Position numbers and translations under genes: made by a program
The notes under the pieces: generated by a model
What the model saw: only the letters and a program-made list of their open reading frames with translations
Databases searched by the model: none
What the model was told of the DNA's origin: nothing
Part shown: positions 29,019 through 39,653 of the stretch, one piece after another
Layout of the letters: every line of letters begins with the position of its first letter
Numbering within the stretch: the first letter of the stretch is position 1
Assembly (NCBI GenBank): GCA_963769935.1
Contig: CAVYNY010000010.1
Coordinates: 192,001 to 256,000, forward strand
Direction: 5' to 3'
Origin: an uncultured delta proteobacterium
Lineage (GTDB): Bacteria > Desulfobacterota > Desulfobacteria > Desulfobacterales > JAFDCJ01
Length of the DNA: 64,000 nt

Positions 29019-30257
29019 ATGTCTGCTTCAGCTCAAAAAAAACTGCGCGTCTGTATCCCTTTTGCGCTGGGTTATTTTGTTTCCTATCTCTTTAGGGTTG
29101 TCAATGCCGTGCTCGCGCCGGATCTGGCGTCAGCACTCGGAGTGGGTCCTTCCGATCTCGGGCTGCTGACGGCCGCCTACTTTATCACCTTTGCTGCCTT
29201 CCAGCTGCCCCTGGGCGTGCTGCTTGATCGATTCGGCCCGCGCAAGATTGAATCATTCCTCCTCATTTTTGCGGCTGCCGGGGCGTTGGTCTTCTCCCGC
29301 GCCCAAACCGTATCCGGCCTGGTGCTGGGCCGGGCGCTGATCGGTTTCGGAGTATCCGCGTGTCTGATGGCCGCTTTCAAAGCCTTTGTCATATGGTTTC
29401 AACGACAGCAATTGCCGCTGATTAACGGTATTCAAATGGCAGCCGGCGGCTTTGGCGCCCTTACCGCCACCGCACCCGTAGAGGCAGCGCTGGAGATCAC
29501 GGATTGGCGCGGTGTGTTTTTCATTTTATCGATCGTCACCCTGGCGATTGCTGCAGCCGTTTTCTTTGTTGTGCCGGAAAAAAAGGCTGAACAAACTAGT
29601 GGCGGCCTCGGAGTTCAGCTGCACGGAATCGCCAGCGTGTTTTCCAGCCTGACATTTTGGCGCATCGCCCCCTTGACAGTTATGTCGCAGGCGGCGTTTT
29701 TAGCGACTCAGGGCCTCTGGTCCGGCCCATGGCTGCGGGATGTGGCCGGCTTCGAACGCAACGGTGCGGCGCAGGTTCTGTTAATGATCGCAGCAGCCAT
29801 GGTGGCAGGATTTATTCTGATAGGGGCGGCAGCCGAACGCTTGAGCCGGCTGGGCATCAAACCGATTGCAGTGGCGATTGCCGGAATGATTGCCTTTATG
29901 TTCGTTCAGACCTTTCTGGTTTTAGAGGTGACGTCATGGGCCCGCACCTTGTGGGTCCTGTATGGAATTTTCGGTACAACCGGAATAGTTCCCTATGCGG
30001 TGTTGTCTCAAAGCTTTCCCCTGCACCTATCCGGCCGGGTGAATACGGCTCTGAACCTCCTTGTTTTTGTGGCGGCCTTTGCCGCCCAGTGGGGAATCGG
30101 CGCAATAATTAATCTGTGGCCGGTTGCGGCCGGCGGTCGTTATGCGCCGCCCGGTTATCAGGCGGCGTTTGCCATGATGCTGCTGCTGCAGCTGTTGTCA
30201 CTGCTGTGGTTCATCTTTGCCGGCCTGATGCACCATCGTCGTAATCGAATAGATTAA
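29019..30257 (+). CDS. MFS transporter
   Basis: Motif A GVLLDRFGPRK and about 12 TM segments. Confidence 0.92.
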   Translation: MSASAQKKLRVCIPFALGYFVSYLFRVVNAVLAPDLASALGVGPSDLGLLTAAYFITFAAFQLPLGVLLDRFGPRKIESFLLIFAAAGALVFSRAQTVSGLVLGRALIGFGVSACLMAAFKAFVIWFQRQQLPLINGIQMAAGGFGALTATAPVEAALEITDWRGVFFILSIVTLAIAAAVFFVVPEKKAEQTSGGLGVQLHGIASVFSSLTFWRIAPLTVMSQAAFLATQGLWSGPWLRDVAGFERNGAAQVLLMIAAAMVAGFILIGAAAERLSRLGIKPIAVAIAGMIAFMFVQTFLVLEVTSWARTLWVLYGIFGTTGIVPYAVLSQSFPLHLSGRVNTALNLLVFVAAFAAQWGIGAIINLWPVAAGGRYAPPGYQAAFAMMLLLQLLSLLWFIFAGLMHHRRNRID

Positions 30258-30276
30258 ATTAGTCAAGATGCAGATT

Positions 30277-30507
30277 TTATTCGACCTTGATTTTGGTCAT
30301 CTTTTGGCCGGCTTTTTTAGCGCCTTTTTTTTCATAGTAGTCGATGCGTTCATCCAGCAGGGACCGGATGCCCTTCAGAAATTCGATCCTGGAGCGGGTC
30401 ATGTGTTCAAAAAACTTTGATTTGGGGCCCATGACATGCTGCAGCTCCCTGAATAACTTGCCGGCCGAACATCCATTTGCTTGATCTTTATTCGTTTGGT
30501 TCCCCAT
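30277..30507 (-). CDS. Small hypothetical helical protein coupled to the ArsA-family gene
   Basis: RBS AGGAG. Overlaps the end of the upstream gene. Amphipathic helix EFLKGIRSLLDERID and C-terminal TKIKVE. Confidence 0.7.
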   Translation of the reverse strand: MGNQTNKDQANGCSAGKLFRELQHVMGPKSKFFEHMTRSRIEFLKGIRSLLDERIDYYEKKGAKKAGQKMTKIKVE

Positions 30508-31693
30508 GATCCTCTCCTTTAAATAAGACTGTCAAATATTCCCCCTCCAATTTGGCCTTGACCGAATTAAGCGCGGCAACCTGCCTGGGAAGCATGATAT
30601 GGCGTTTAAAGCCCCCGATTCGAATGACCAATTCTTCATGCAGCTTGTTAAGCTCCAAATCCTTTTTCGATGCAAAAGGAAGCTTCAGTTTAAGGTTGTA
30701 GCTGCCGTTTTGCTTGAATAACCGATAAGGTTCCTCTTTAAATAGACGTTCCAACGGGTTGGTATCTTGGTAGATTTTATCAGCCAGCTTCTTTAAGTCA
30801 TTATAGCCGATGACTTCCCCGGGAAAAAGATCCACCGGGAAAATGGGCACCGGACTGAAAAAATCCTTCGCCTCGCCCAGATGATACTGTTGTCCCTTGA
30901 TCCAGTCCTTAAAATAGGCATCTTTTATTTTTTCAGGCAGCATGCGGTTCATGATAATCGCATCGATACTCATTTTGTAAAGACAAAAGTACATAAATGC
31001 GCGCTGGGTTTCTTTTAAAACGACTTTTTCAGGATTGGTCACCAGACGGACGGTGGTTATTTCAGGATCCACCAGGAGCTGGTCTACGCCTTTAAGTTTG
31101 GCAAAAAGATCCTCGATGGCTTGAAAATAGTCATCACCGGGCAGGGGAACGTCATAAATCCGTTTGGCTACCGGCCGCACATATTTGACGACGGTTCGCT
31201 CCAATTTAAACACCTTGTTCATGTACCACTCCAAGGTGGTGGGGATGGCGATGAATCGGAGCGATTCCCCGGTGGGCGCGCAATCGAGCAAGATGACGTC
31301 ATATTCCCTTTCGCGGGCGTATTTGTTGATGTAAAGCAGGAGACTGATTTCTTCCATTCCCGGCAATACGGCCAATTCTTCGGCCAGGACCTCATCCAAT
31401 CCGGTGGTGTGCAGTATGCTGGACAGGTATTTGTGAATATCTCCCCAGTAGCGTTGGATTTCTTCCTGGATATCCAATTCCTGGATGAATAATTTTTTAT
31501 TGATCGCGATCGGCTCACCTTTATTCTTGTCCAGCAGATCGCGGTCAAGATCGAAAATATCGGACAGGCTGTGCGCGACATCCAGCGACATGACCACCGT
31601 CTTGTAACCCATTTCCGCGGCCTTGATGCCGGTGGCCGCCGATACCGACGTTTTTCCGACGCCGCCCTTGCCGGCAAAGAATATGATTCGCAC
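30488..31693 (-). CDS. ArsA/Get3-family ATPase with a C-terminal HSP20-like domain
   Basis: GKGGVGKT, SLDVAHSL, LDCAPTG and a C-terminal beta-rich ELVIRIGGFKRHIMLP. GTG start at 31693 with AGGAG. Confidence 0.9.
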   Translation of the reverse strand: MRIIFFAGKGGVGKTSVSAATGIKAAEMGYKTVVMSLDVAHSLSDIFDLDRDLLDKNKGEPIAINKKLFIQELDIQEEIQRYWGDIHKYLSSILHTTGLDEVLAEELAVLPGMEEISLLLYINKYAREREYDVILLDCAPTGESLRFIAIPTTLEWYMNKVFKLERTVVKYVRPVAKRIYDVPLPGDDYFQAIEDLFAKLKGVDQLLVDPEITTVRLVTNPEKVVLKETQRAFMYFCLYKMSIDAIIMNRMLPEKIKDAYFKDWIKGQQYHLGEAKDFFSPVPIFPVDLFPGEVIGYNDLKKLADKIYQDTNPLERLFKEEPYRLFKQNGSYNLKLKLPFASKKDLELNKLHEELVIRIGGFKRHIMLPRQVAALNSVKAKLEGEYLTVLFKGEDHGEPNE

Positions 31694-31766
31694 GATGGTG
31701 CTCCTATGAAAGCTTCTCTTCTTAAAATATCCCTTGAGCGTAGTTATAGAAATATGCACTCATTTA

Positions 31767-31901
31767 AAAATGCCTAAATTGCTCTAAGATGCCTAAATTG
31801 CCTAAAATTAAGGATGTTATTCGATTTTATTTAATCAGTAATAAAATGCCAAAGAAAAGCGACATCCATAAATATTCAATCTTCAATTTTCACTATTCAA
31901 T
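31767..31901. repeat. Composite intergenic repeat (AAATGCCT-type tract plus ATATTCA heptamer tract)
   Basis: Shares a 16-mer with 24531, the 15-mer TCTAAGATGCCTAAA with 45767-45781, and AAATATTCAATCT with 59455. Confidence 0.7.
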
Positions 31902-31906
31902 GCCGT

Positions 31907-32179
31907 TCAGGGTGCTCCCAAATAATACTCCATACGCTTGCGCCACAGCGCGTGGTCGATCACGCAGACATCGCCGTCATCATCGCGCGTGGCAATTACC
32001 ACACCAAAATCCTCAGGAGTCACCAATCCGCAGACATCGCCCGGCCAGCTTGCAAACATCGGATCAACGGATATAAACGCCTCCAGGCGCTGCCTTTCTA
32101 CCGGAATCGTGCACTCCCTGTCCGGTATTACAATGACATCCTTTTCCTTTTTAGTGTCATGCACATAATATGCAATCAT
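31907..32179 (-). CDS. Hypothetical protein (90 aa)
   Basis: Strong RBS GGAGG before the ATG at 32179. Plausible globular composition. Confidence 0.7.
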   Translation of the reverse strand: MIAYYVHDTKKEKDVIVIPDRECTIPVERQRLEAFISVDPMFASWPGDVCGLVTPEDFGVVIATRDDDGDVCVIDHALWRKRMEYYLGAP

Positions 32180-32190
32180 CGTTCCTCCCT

Positions 32191-32232
32191 TTCTTATTCT
32201 CAAGACTCAGGTTCTTATTCTCAAGACTCAGG
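32191..32232. repeat. Exact 21-bp tandem duplication
   Basis: TTCTTATTCTCAAGACTCAGG occurs twice. Confidence 0.95.
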
Positions 32233-32494
32233 CAGATTAGGTCTTATTCGGGATAATATAAAACAACTTTTACAGCATTTCGAGAAATATTTAATATGAG
32301 ATCAGCTAAGCTGATTTCATATTGATTAACCTTAACGATTATGCAAATAAATAAATTAATTCCGGCTCCGAAAGGGCTTCGTCATTTAAAGATTTTTTGT
32401 CTTATAAAACTTTCCAATGCAACTGGTCTAGAATTCAATTTGACGGTGGCATGGCTCCGGATTTGAATTCTTTACTTCTAAGGAGGCTGATATT

Positions 32495-33664
32495 ATGCCG
32501 ATTGCTGAAAAAATGGCAGAGATGATCGAAAGATCAACCATGATCAAAAATATGTTTGAAGAAGGCGCCCGTCTCAAAGCGGTTCACGGACCGGAGAATG
32601 TCTTCGATTTTTCCCTGGGCAACCCGGATGTCCCGCCGCCGCCTGAATTTAAAAAAGTGCTTCGGGAGCTGATCAACGACGACGCTTTGTATCACGGATA
32701 CACACCGAGTGCGGGGTATCCCCAAGTACGCCAGGCCGTTGCCGACTACCTGAGCAGCGAGCACGGGTTTAATTTTACACCGGATTTGATCATTATGACC
32801 GTCGGGGCAGCCGGCGCCTTAAATGATATTCTCATGACGCTGACCAACACCGGCGAGGAAATATTGACTCCTTCACCTTATTTTGTCGGCTACCTGCAAT
32901 ATTCATCCGTCGCCGGCGCCGCCCTTCGGACGGTGCCGACGGACGCCGATTTCCACCTGGACCTGGCGGCCATCGAAAAGGCCATCACCGCCGGCACCCG
33001 CGTGATGCTGATCAACTCCCCCAACAATCCGACCGGTGCCATCTACTCGGCCGGGGAATTATCCGGCTTAGGTGAGATATTGGAAAGGGCCAGTCAAAAA
33101 TTCGGCAAGCGGGTTTATCTCGTCTCGGATGAACCCTATCGCAAGGTCGCCTATGAGGTGGAAGTACCGTCGGTGTTTCAGGCCTATGACCACACGATTA
33201 TGGTCAGCTCCTACTCCAAGGAACTTTCCCTGGCCGGCGAACGCATCGGCTATCTGGCGATTCATCCCGATGCCGAAGACGTGCAACTGGTGGCCGGAGC
33301 CGCCACAGTTGCCAACACCATGCTGTGCGTAAATGCCCCCAGCATGATCCAGCTGGCAGTTGCCCGGTTGCAAGGCATTACGGTGGATGTTTCGATTTAC
33401 AGGCGGCGACGGGATATGCTTTGCAAAGGGCTTTCTGAAGCCGGCTACGAATTTAAAGTCCCCGAAGGCGCATTTTACCTGTTCCCCAAAAGCCCGATTC
33501 CCGATGACGTTAAATTCATTGACCGGTTGAAGGAGGAGCTTATCCTGGCGGTGCCGGGGGTCGGCTTCGGCGCACCGGGCTATTTTCGCCTGTCCTATGC
33601 CGTGCCGGACTCAACAATTACCGGTTCTTTCAAAGGCTTCAAGCGGGCGCTGGAGAAAATTTGA
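32495..33664 (+). CDS. PLP-dependent class I/II aminotransferase (aspartate aminotransferase-like)
   Basis: FSLGNPD, INSPNNPTG, SDEPY, SYSKELSLAGERIG. Confidence 0.93.
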   Translation: MPIAEKMAEMIERSTMIKNMFEEGARLKAVHGPENVFDFSLGNPDVPPPPEFKKVLRELINDDALYHGYTPSAGYPQVRQAVADYLSSEHGFNFTPDLIIMTVGAAGALNDILMTLTNTGEEILTPSPYFVGYLQYSSVAGAALRTVPTDADFHLDLAAIEKAITAGTRVMLINSPNNPTGAIYSAGELSGLGEILERASQKFGKRVYLVSDEPYRKVAYEVEVPSVFQAYDHTIMVSSYSKELSLAGERIGYLAIHPDAEDVQLVAGAATVANTMLCVNAPSMIQLAVARLQGITVDVSIYRRRRDMLCKGLSEAGYEFKVPEGAFYLFPKSPIPDDVKFIDRLKEELILAVPGVGFGAPGYFRLSYAVPDSTITGSFKGFKRALEKI

Positions 33665-33986
33665 CTTGCGACGTCCAGAATTATCCTAAGCGCATTGGGA
33701 TTCAGGTTAAAGCGAGAGCTTTCGGTTTGGCCGCTGCCCGCATGACTGGGAGAGTCAATCAATTTCGAGTGCTTTGAATTCCTGCAAGCAGGTTTCGGTT
33801 TGACCCCGGATTACCGACTAACGGTCCAGCAGGCGATAAGTAAATGTGATGTCAAAGACCAAGGCCTTTAATTCGCTGAATTAGGTATTAAATTGTAAGC
33901 ATATTATTTTAATACCCTAACCCGCACACGCCGGGATTGAAGATTGCAAATTCAATTTCCAATCGAAAATATTCAATTATGCTGCA

Positions 33987-35183
33987 ATGCCGTATCAAAA
34001 CGAGTATAACACGCAGCGCAATGTCGCCCTGCTTTCATTAAGCCAGGCAACGCTCATAACGGGCACGTCCCTGCTGCTGGCGTCCTCGGCAATCGTCGGC
34101 CTGGCTTTAGCCGGTCATAAATTGCTGGCGACCCTGCCGCTGGCGCTGTTATATTTAGCCCAGATGGCGACCACCATTCCGGCTTCCCTGTATATGGCAA
34201 GAGTGGGTCGCCGGCTGGGCTTCATGACCAGTTCCATGTTTGGTCTGGCCGGCGCCGCAGTGGCAACCGGTGCGGTTTTCAAAGGCGAATTCAGCATATT
34301 TTGCATCGGCACCACTTTAATCGGCGTGTTCAACGGGTTTGGGCAGTACTATCGGTTTACCGCTGCCGAAGTTGCCGCAGATGACTATCGCAGCCGCGCT
34401 ATCTCGTATGTGCTGGCCGGCGGAATTATTGCTGCATTTGCGGGACCGAATTTGGCCAATTGGTCCAGGCATTTGCTGCCTGAAAATTTTGCCGGCAGCT
34501 ATGCCAGTCTGATAGGCCTTTATCTGCTGGCCTTCGGGTTGGCATTTTTTCTGCGAATTCCAAAGCCGGCGGCGGTTTCCATGTCACAGGGCAGGCGGCC
34601 GTTAAGCGTTATCGCCCGCCAACCCGCCTATCTGGTGGCCGTTGCCAGCGCCATGGTCGGATATGGTGTCATGAATTTCATCATGATCGCCACGCCGCTT
34701 GCCATGCAGGGGTATGCCTATGCGTTTTCAGACACGGCGTTTGTTATCCAGTGGCATGTATTCGGGATGTTTGTTCCGTCTTTTTTCACCGGCCATTTGA
34801 TCAGGCGGTTCGGCATATCCAATATCATGCTGACGGGGGTTTTGCTGCTGGGTTTATGTGTCTGGATAAATTTTACCGGAACAACCGTCGCCCATTTCTG
34901 GGGGGCCCTTATTTTACTGGGCCTGGGCTGGAATTTTCTGTTTGTCGGCGCAACCACCCTGCTGACCGAAACCTATACCCCGGTTGAAAAGGCAAAAGCT
35001 CAAGCCCTGAACGACTTTTTGGTGTTTGGAACCGTCACCCTCACCTCCTTCAGTTCCGGTGCGGTCCAGCAGGCCCTGGGATGGCAAAGCATCAACATGG
35101 CGGTCATCCCCTTCCTGGTTCTGGTTGTAATTGCCAATTTGTGGCTGCGAACCAAACCGCAATTGCAGTCTTCATATCAATAA
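33987..35183 (+). CDS. MFS transporter
   Basis: MARVGRRLGF, YYRFTAAE, IQWHVFGMFVPSFFTG and about 12 TM segments. Confidence 0.92.
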   Translation: MPYQNEYNTQRNVALLSLSQATLITGTSLLLASSAIVGLALAGHKLLATLPLALLYLAQMATTIPASLYMARVGRRLGFMTSSMFGLAGAAVATGAVFKGEFSIFCIGTTLIGVFNGFGQYYRFTAAEVAADDYRSRAISYVLAGGIIAAFAGPNLANWSRHLLPENFAGSYASLIGLYLLAFGLAFFLRIPKPAAVSMSQGRRPLSVIARQPAYLVAVASAMVGYGVMNFIMIATPLAMQGYAYAFSDTAFVIQWHVFGMFVPSFFTGHLIRRFGISNIMLTGVLLLGLCVWINFTGTTVAHFWGALILLGLGWNFLFVGATTLLTETYTPVEKAKAQALNDFLVFGTVTLTSFSSGAVQQALGWQSINMAVIPFLVLVVIANLWLRTKPQLQSSYQ

Positions 35184-35374
35184 ACAGCGCAAAAAATAAA
35201 TAAAATCACGAAAACACGAAAAAAAAGAAAAATGTACCCGTTTAGCCCTTTGAGAAACCAGGAAGGCATCTGGAGGAGATTCGCTTTTTAAAGCGGTAAC
35301 CTGTTTGCAACAAAAAAATGTATATGGCCCAGACTCGTTGAGCCTAGTCAAAAATTCTAAACAAGGAGCAATAT

Positions 35375-36388
35375 ATGAATACACATGTAAGCCGCGAGAT
35401 ACGACTGAAAAACCGTCCTGCCGGACTGCCGAGTGAAAGTGATTTTGAACTTGCCGAAGTAACACTGCCGCCAGTCGGCAACAGACAGGTTCTCGTTCAG
35501 AATATCTATATGTCGGTGGATCCTTACATGCGCGGACGCATGGTGGATCGCAAAAGCTATGTGCCGCCGTTTCAACTAAATCAGCCCCTGGAAGGCGGCT
35601 GTGTCGGCCGCGTGGTCGAATCCAAAAACGACCAATTTCAGGCCGGCGATTTTGTTCTGGGAATGTCGGGATGGCGGGAGTATTTTATTTCCGGCGGCTC
35701 AGGACTCACCAAAATAGACCCCAAAGTCGCCCCTATCCAGGCCTATCTGGGCACCGTCGGGATGCCGGGACTCACGGCTTACTACGGTCTGCTCGAGGTC
35801 GGCAAACCTAAAGCAGGGGAAACGGTGTTTGTTTCGGCGGCCTCCGGTGCGGTGGGGTCGATTGTCTGCCAGATCGCCAGGATCAAAGGCTGTCGGGTGG
35901 TCGGAAGCGCTGGATCGGATGAAAAAGCTGCCTGGCTCCTGGAAGAAGCCGGGGTGGATGCGGCCTTCAACTATAAAAAAGCCGGCAACGTTATGGCCGA
36001 AGTCGGCAAGCTCTGTCCCAAAGGCATCGATGTTTATTATGAAAATGTAGGTGGGGTTCATCTGGAAGCTGCCTTGGAGCACATGAACAAATTCGGCCGC
36101 ATCGTCATGTGCGGCATGATCGCCATATACAATGCCGTGGGCCCGGTTCCCGGACCTTCGAATCTTTTTTATATAATCGGCAAGCAACTGACGATGCAGG
36201 GCTTTATAGTCTCCGATCACTTCGACAAGTTGGCGCAGTTTTACGCCGATATGGGAAAATGGATTGCCGAAGGTAAAATCAAATGGCAAGAAACCATCAT
36301 CGAGGGTCTGGAAAATGCACCCCGGGCTTTTATCGGTCTTTTCAAAGGTGAAAATTCAGGTAAAATGATTGTCAAAATCGGCGAATAG
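35375..36388 (+). CDS. NADP-dependent oxidoreductase (CurA / prostaglandin reductase family)
   Basis: MSVDPYMRGRM, GMPGLTAY, VSAASGAVGS, GIDVYYENVGG. Confidence 0.93.
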   Translation: MNTHVSREIRLKNRPAGLPSESDFELAEVTLPPVGNRQVLVQNIYMSVDPYMRGRMVDRKSYVPPFQLNQPLEGGCVGRVVESKNDQFQAGDFVLGMSGWREYFISGGSGLTKIDPKVAPIQAYLGTVGMPGLTAYYGLLEVGKPKAGETVFVSAASGAVGSIVCQIARIKGCRVVGSAGSDEKAAWLLEEAGVDAAFNYKKAGNVMAEVGKLCPKGIDVYYENVGGVHLEAALEHMNKFGRIVMCGMIAIYNAVGPVPGPSNLFYIIGKQLTMQGFIVSDHFDKLAQFYADMGKWIAEGKIKWQETIIEGLENAPRAFIGLFKGENSGKMIVKIGE

Positions 36389-36487
36389 GATTGGTTGAAC
36401 TGTTGACTGGTTGCATGGTTTATTAGTATATAAGGGCTTGAACCTTTATTGATTTAACTATTTGACTATTCAGCGAAAGCGTAAGCC

Positions 36488-37498
36488 ATGCGACCGAAGC
36501 CGGTGGTTGTTGCCATATTGGGCCTTATTCTATCGACAGCCATGATTTATCCGGAAGACTCACCCGGTGGTTTAAACCCGAAGGAGGAAAAAAGCTTTTC
36601 GGGTTCACCGGGCACAGCAGCTGTTTCCGAAGCCGCGATTGGTGAAATCATAAAGGAGCAATCCGAAGACCAATCAACGTGCTGGTTTTATAGTGATCCC
36701 CGGGGAAAACTCAAGGGCGTTGCTTTGGTGATTCACGGTCTTAATTTGCGGCCCGACAGGATGCAGCCCATTATTTCAAGGCTGACCGCATCCGGAATCG
36801 ATGTCCTGGGTTTGTCCCTGCGCGGGCATGGCGAAAACTATACCCACGGCAATGGTCCGGCTGAAATTCAAGCGAGATTGGAGGCTTTCAAAAAAGTATC
36901 TTATCAGTTGTGGATGAATGAAGCCTACCTGGCTTATTTGCAGCTTAAGGAAAGAGCCGAAGAAAAAGGGGTTCCAATGTTTCTTACTGCATTTTCTTTA
37001 GGCGGTTTGATCGGATTGGACCTGTTTGCTTGCAATCCGGACGTCCGGTTTGACAAGTTAGTCCTGTTTGCGCCGGCCATAAGACTGCACGCTTCTATTT
37101 ATCTCGAACGGGTGTTGTCTCCTTTCCCGCGATTGGTGATACCGAGCATGGCGCCTAAAAATTACCTTGCCAATAAAAAGGGAACTCCCATTGCAGCCTA
37201 TAATGCCTTGTTCGACGGGATTGACCGATTCAACAAAAATGCCGATCAAAAATTAAACGTGCCCACCCTGATTTTCATCGACCGGCAGGACGAATTTATT
37301 CCACTTCCGAAGCTAAAGGAGTTGGTAAAAAAACAAGGCTGGAATCAATGGCAATTTTACATTGTCCAAAAAGATAAGTCCGCCCGGGATGAAACTTTTT
37401 ATCACCACATCATCGATGCGTCTGCCACAGGAGAAACTGTCTGGCAGGATATGATGAAGGCCGCTTTGAATCATTTGATGAAGCCAACATCGAATTAA
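36488..37498 (+). CDS. Secreted alpha/beta hydrolase
   Basis: IHGLN oxyanion segment, LRGHG, AFSLGG nucleophile elbow and a signal-like N-terminus. Confidence 0.85.
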   Translation: MRPKPVVVAILGLILSTAMIYPEDSPGGLNPKEEKSFSGSPGTAAVSEAAIGEIIKEQSEDQSTCWFYSDPRGKLKGVALVIHGLNLRPDRMQPIISRLTASGIDVLGLSLRGHGENYTHGNGPAEIQARLEAFKKVSYQLWMNEAYLAYLQLKERAEEKGVPMFLTAFSLGGLIGLDLFACNPDVRFDKLVLFAPAIRLHASIYLERVLSPFPRLVIPSMAPKNYLANKKGTPIAAYNALFDGIDRFNKNADQKLNVPTLIFIDRQDEFIPLPKLKELVKKQGWNQWQFYIVQKDKSARDETFYHHIIDASATGETVWQDMMKAALNHLMKPTSN

Positions 37499-38213
37499 TC
37501 CGCTCTAAAAACCGGCACATCCAGGGTTCTGAATTGTTTTTTGATATCTGAACGAAGCCCTAAACCCAATATGTTTTTTTGTTGTCCTGCTCGCTGCTGC
37601 GCCAGCGGTAGAATCAATATTGTTTCCATGAAAACGTCAAAAAATTGTCGAATTTACCACAACGACAGCTTGCCAATTAGCATAAACGGGCAGCCTTTCA
37701 CTTCGGCAATTCGATCTTCATAAAGCAGCACTCATTGCTTATACCTCACCGCGGATAGATCCGGAACCGGCATTTCATTCATCTATGATCTCGTGAAGCC
37801 TTAATTCGTATGCACTATTCGGATGCACTGCTTACCAGTCGCCCGAATAATGAGGATCTGGCTTGGGAAAAATATTATTTTTTTACGAAGCCGCCACTAT
37901 ATATTTCAAGCAGCTCCGATCCATTTGACGCTGAATGGCACAAATATTGCTGACTATAAATGTAGAAAACAGCATGCCTGGTTCCACGAAAGGCATAGCT
38001 ATTGTAGGAGGTAATCATCGTGCAGATCAGTGAACTATGTTTTTGTAAGCGGGATATAATTTCCGTCTGCACAGCCGGCGGCAAAGAGCAGCAAAAAAAT
38101 TGCTGTTTCTATCAAAAGTCAACCTATAAAAACGCCTGCATGTATTTCGTTTTTGACACATACTGCGATTGTGTAGAAGCGCAGCGCAACACCCAATATG
38201 TTATTTGATTACG

Positions 38214-39452
38214 CTACTCTTTCCAATCCGCCGGGCAGGTGAGCTGACCCAGCACCGCCCGTCTGATCCAATCCAAACCCTGGATTGCAAGCCAGCTGCG
38301 GATATAATCTGAATCCTGGTAGTTGCGGCCCTGCTTGAGGACCTGCATAGCGCGCGGTCCGCATAGGGCAATGAAGGTCGAATTGTCGTTGAAAGGGCCG
38401 ATCAGCGCCAAGCCGACCCCGCCGGGCGGTGCGGCGAACTGTGCCAGGCCCATGGCAAGCGTGCTGTAATCCCCGTCCGGCTCACCTGCTTGAGACGCCA
38501 GGCCGGCCTTTTGCAATGCCGCCGCCACATCGACGGCATGCAGGTCGGTTGTGATCAGATCACCGAATCCGGCATCGATCAGCTCACGGGCCAGAAGACC
38601 TCCGGTAAGGGTATCGATCACGCCTAAGTGTAAATTCTTTTTTGACAACAACTGTCCGATCACTCCAGGAACGGTTTCTTTTTCCACGCCGTAAACGGCC
38701 ACGCCCAGCCGCCGCCGAACTTCGGCTTCAAGGGGCGCGATGAGGGCATCGGCCTGCGTCTCGGTGTCGGCCTTGGCCGTGATACGGACATCGGTTTGAC
38801 CCGCATGGGCAGCCAACCCGATGGTCGGATTTTGCTGAGTCATCAAATCGCCGATCACCCGATCGACGTTGCTTTCGCCCACAGCGCAGGTTCTCAAGAC
38901 CCTGATCTTAGTGACCTTGGCTCCCCCCATTCTTTCGATCAGCAGCGGAATCACTTTTTTGCTCAGCATATACTCCAGCTCGCGCGGCACTCCGGGCAGG
39001 GAGATAACAATCCCGCGTCCCCGGATATCTTCACAAAGAAAGCAGGGCGCCGTCCCCACCGGATTGGACAGCGGCAAGGCGTTTTCCGGAATATACGCCT
39101 GGCGCTTATTGTTTTCCGCCATCGCACGGCCGAAACTTCGAAAACGGGCTGCGATTTGCGCTTCCAGATCGGTGCTGTAAATTAGTTTACGGCCGGTCGC
39201 ATTGGCGACGGCCTGGCGCGTCATGTCATCGACGGTCGGCCCGATACCGCCCGAGGTTATGATGACATCCGAGCGATCCAATGCCAGATTGAGGACTTGT
39301 GTTATCCGGCCTTCGTTGTCGCCGACGGTCGTTTTGTAATAAAGGTCAAGTCCGATCTCGCGCAAGGCTTTGGCCAATCTGTTGGCGTTGGTGTCAACCA
39401 GTTCGCCCAGCAAAAGCTCCGTGCCGATCATCACAATTTCTGCGTGCATCAC
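38214..39452 (-). CDS. cinA: CinA-family protein (molybdopterin-binding-like domain plus degenerate C-terminal domain)
   Basis: IGTELLLGELVDTN, TVGDN, SGGIGPTVDDMT, LPGVPRE. Confidence 0.88.
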   Translation of the reverse strand: MMHAEIVMIGTELLLGELVDTNANRLAKALREIGLDLYYKTTVGDNEGRITQVLNLALDRSDVIITSGGIGPTVDDMTRQAVANATGRKLIYSTDLEAQIAARFRSFGRAMAENNKRQAYIPENALPLSNPVGTAPCFLCEDIRGRGIVISLPGVPRELEYMLSKKVIPLLIERMGGAKVTKIRVLRTCAVGESNVDRVIGDLMTQQNPTIGLAAHAGQTDVRITAKADTETQADALIAPLEAEVRRRLGVAVYGVEKETVPGVIGQLLSKKNLHLGVIDTLTGGLLARELIDAGFGDLITTDLHAVDVAAALQKAGLASQAGEPDGDYSTLAMGLAQFAAPPGGVGLALIGPFNDNSTFIALCGPRAMQVLKQGRNYQDSDYIRSWLAIQGLDWIRRAVLGQLTCPADWKE

Positions 39453-39653
39453 AGGTCTCCATAATTGCTGCGTATTTTTATGCGGTTTTTATCTTTTCAA
39501 TTTCATTTCTGATCCTGATGTCAAATAATAGACACGAACTAATTCCTGTAAAATAATTCATGAGGATATGAATGTCTATGACTCGTCCCGAATACAGGTG
39601 TTGGCAAGTTTCATTTAAGAAACTATGTCAGTCGAAATTATTTTACCAGTGAA

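Noticed and set aside
30488..31693. Arsenic resistance operon
   Set aside because: Single ATPase domain with an HSP20-like tail, and no arsB/acr3/arsC/arsR/arsD.
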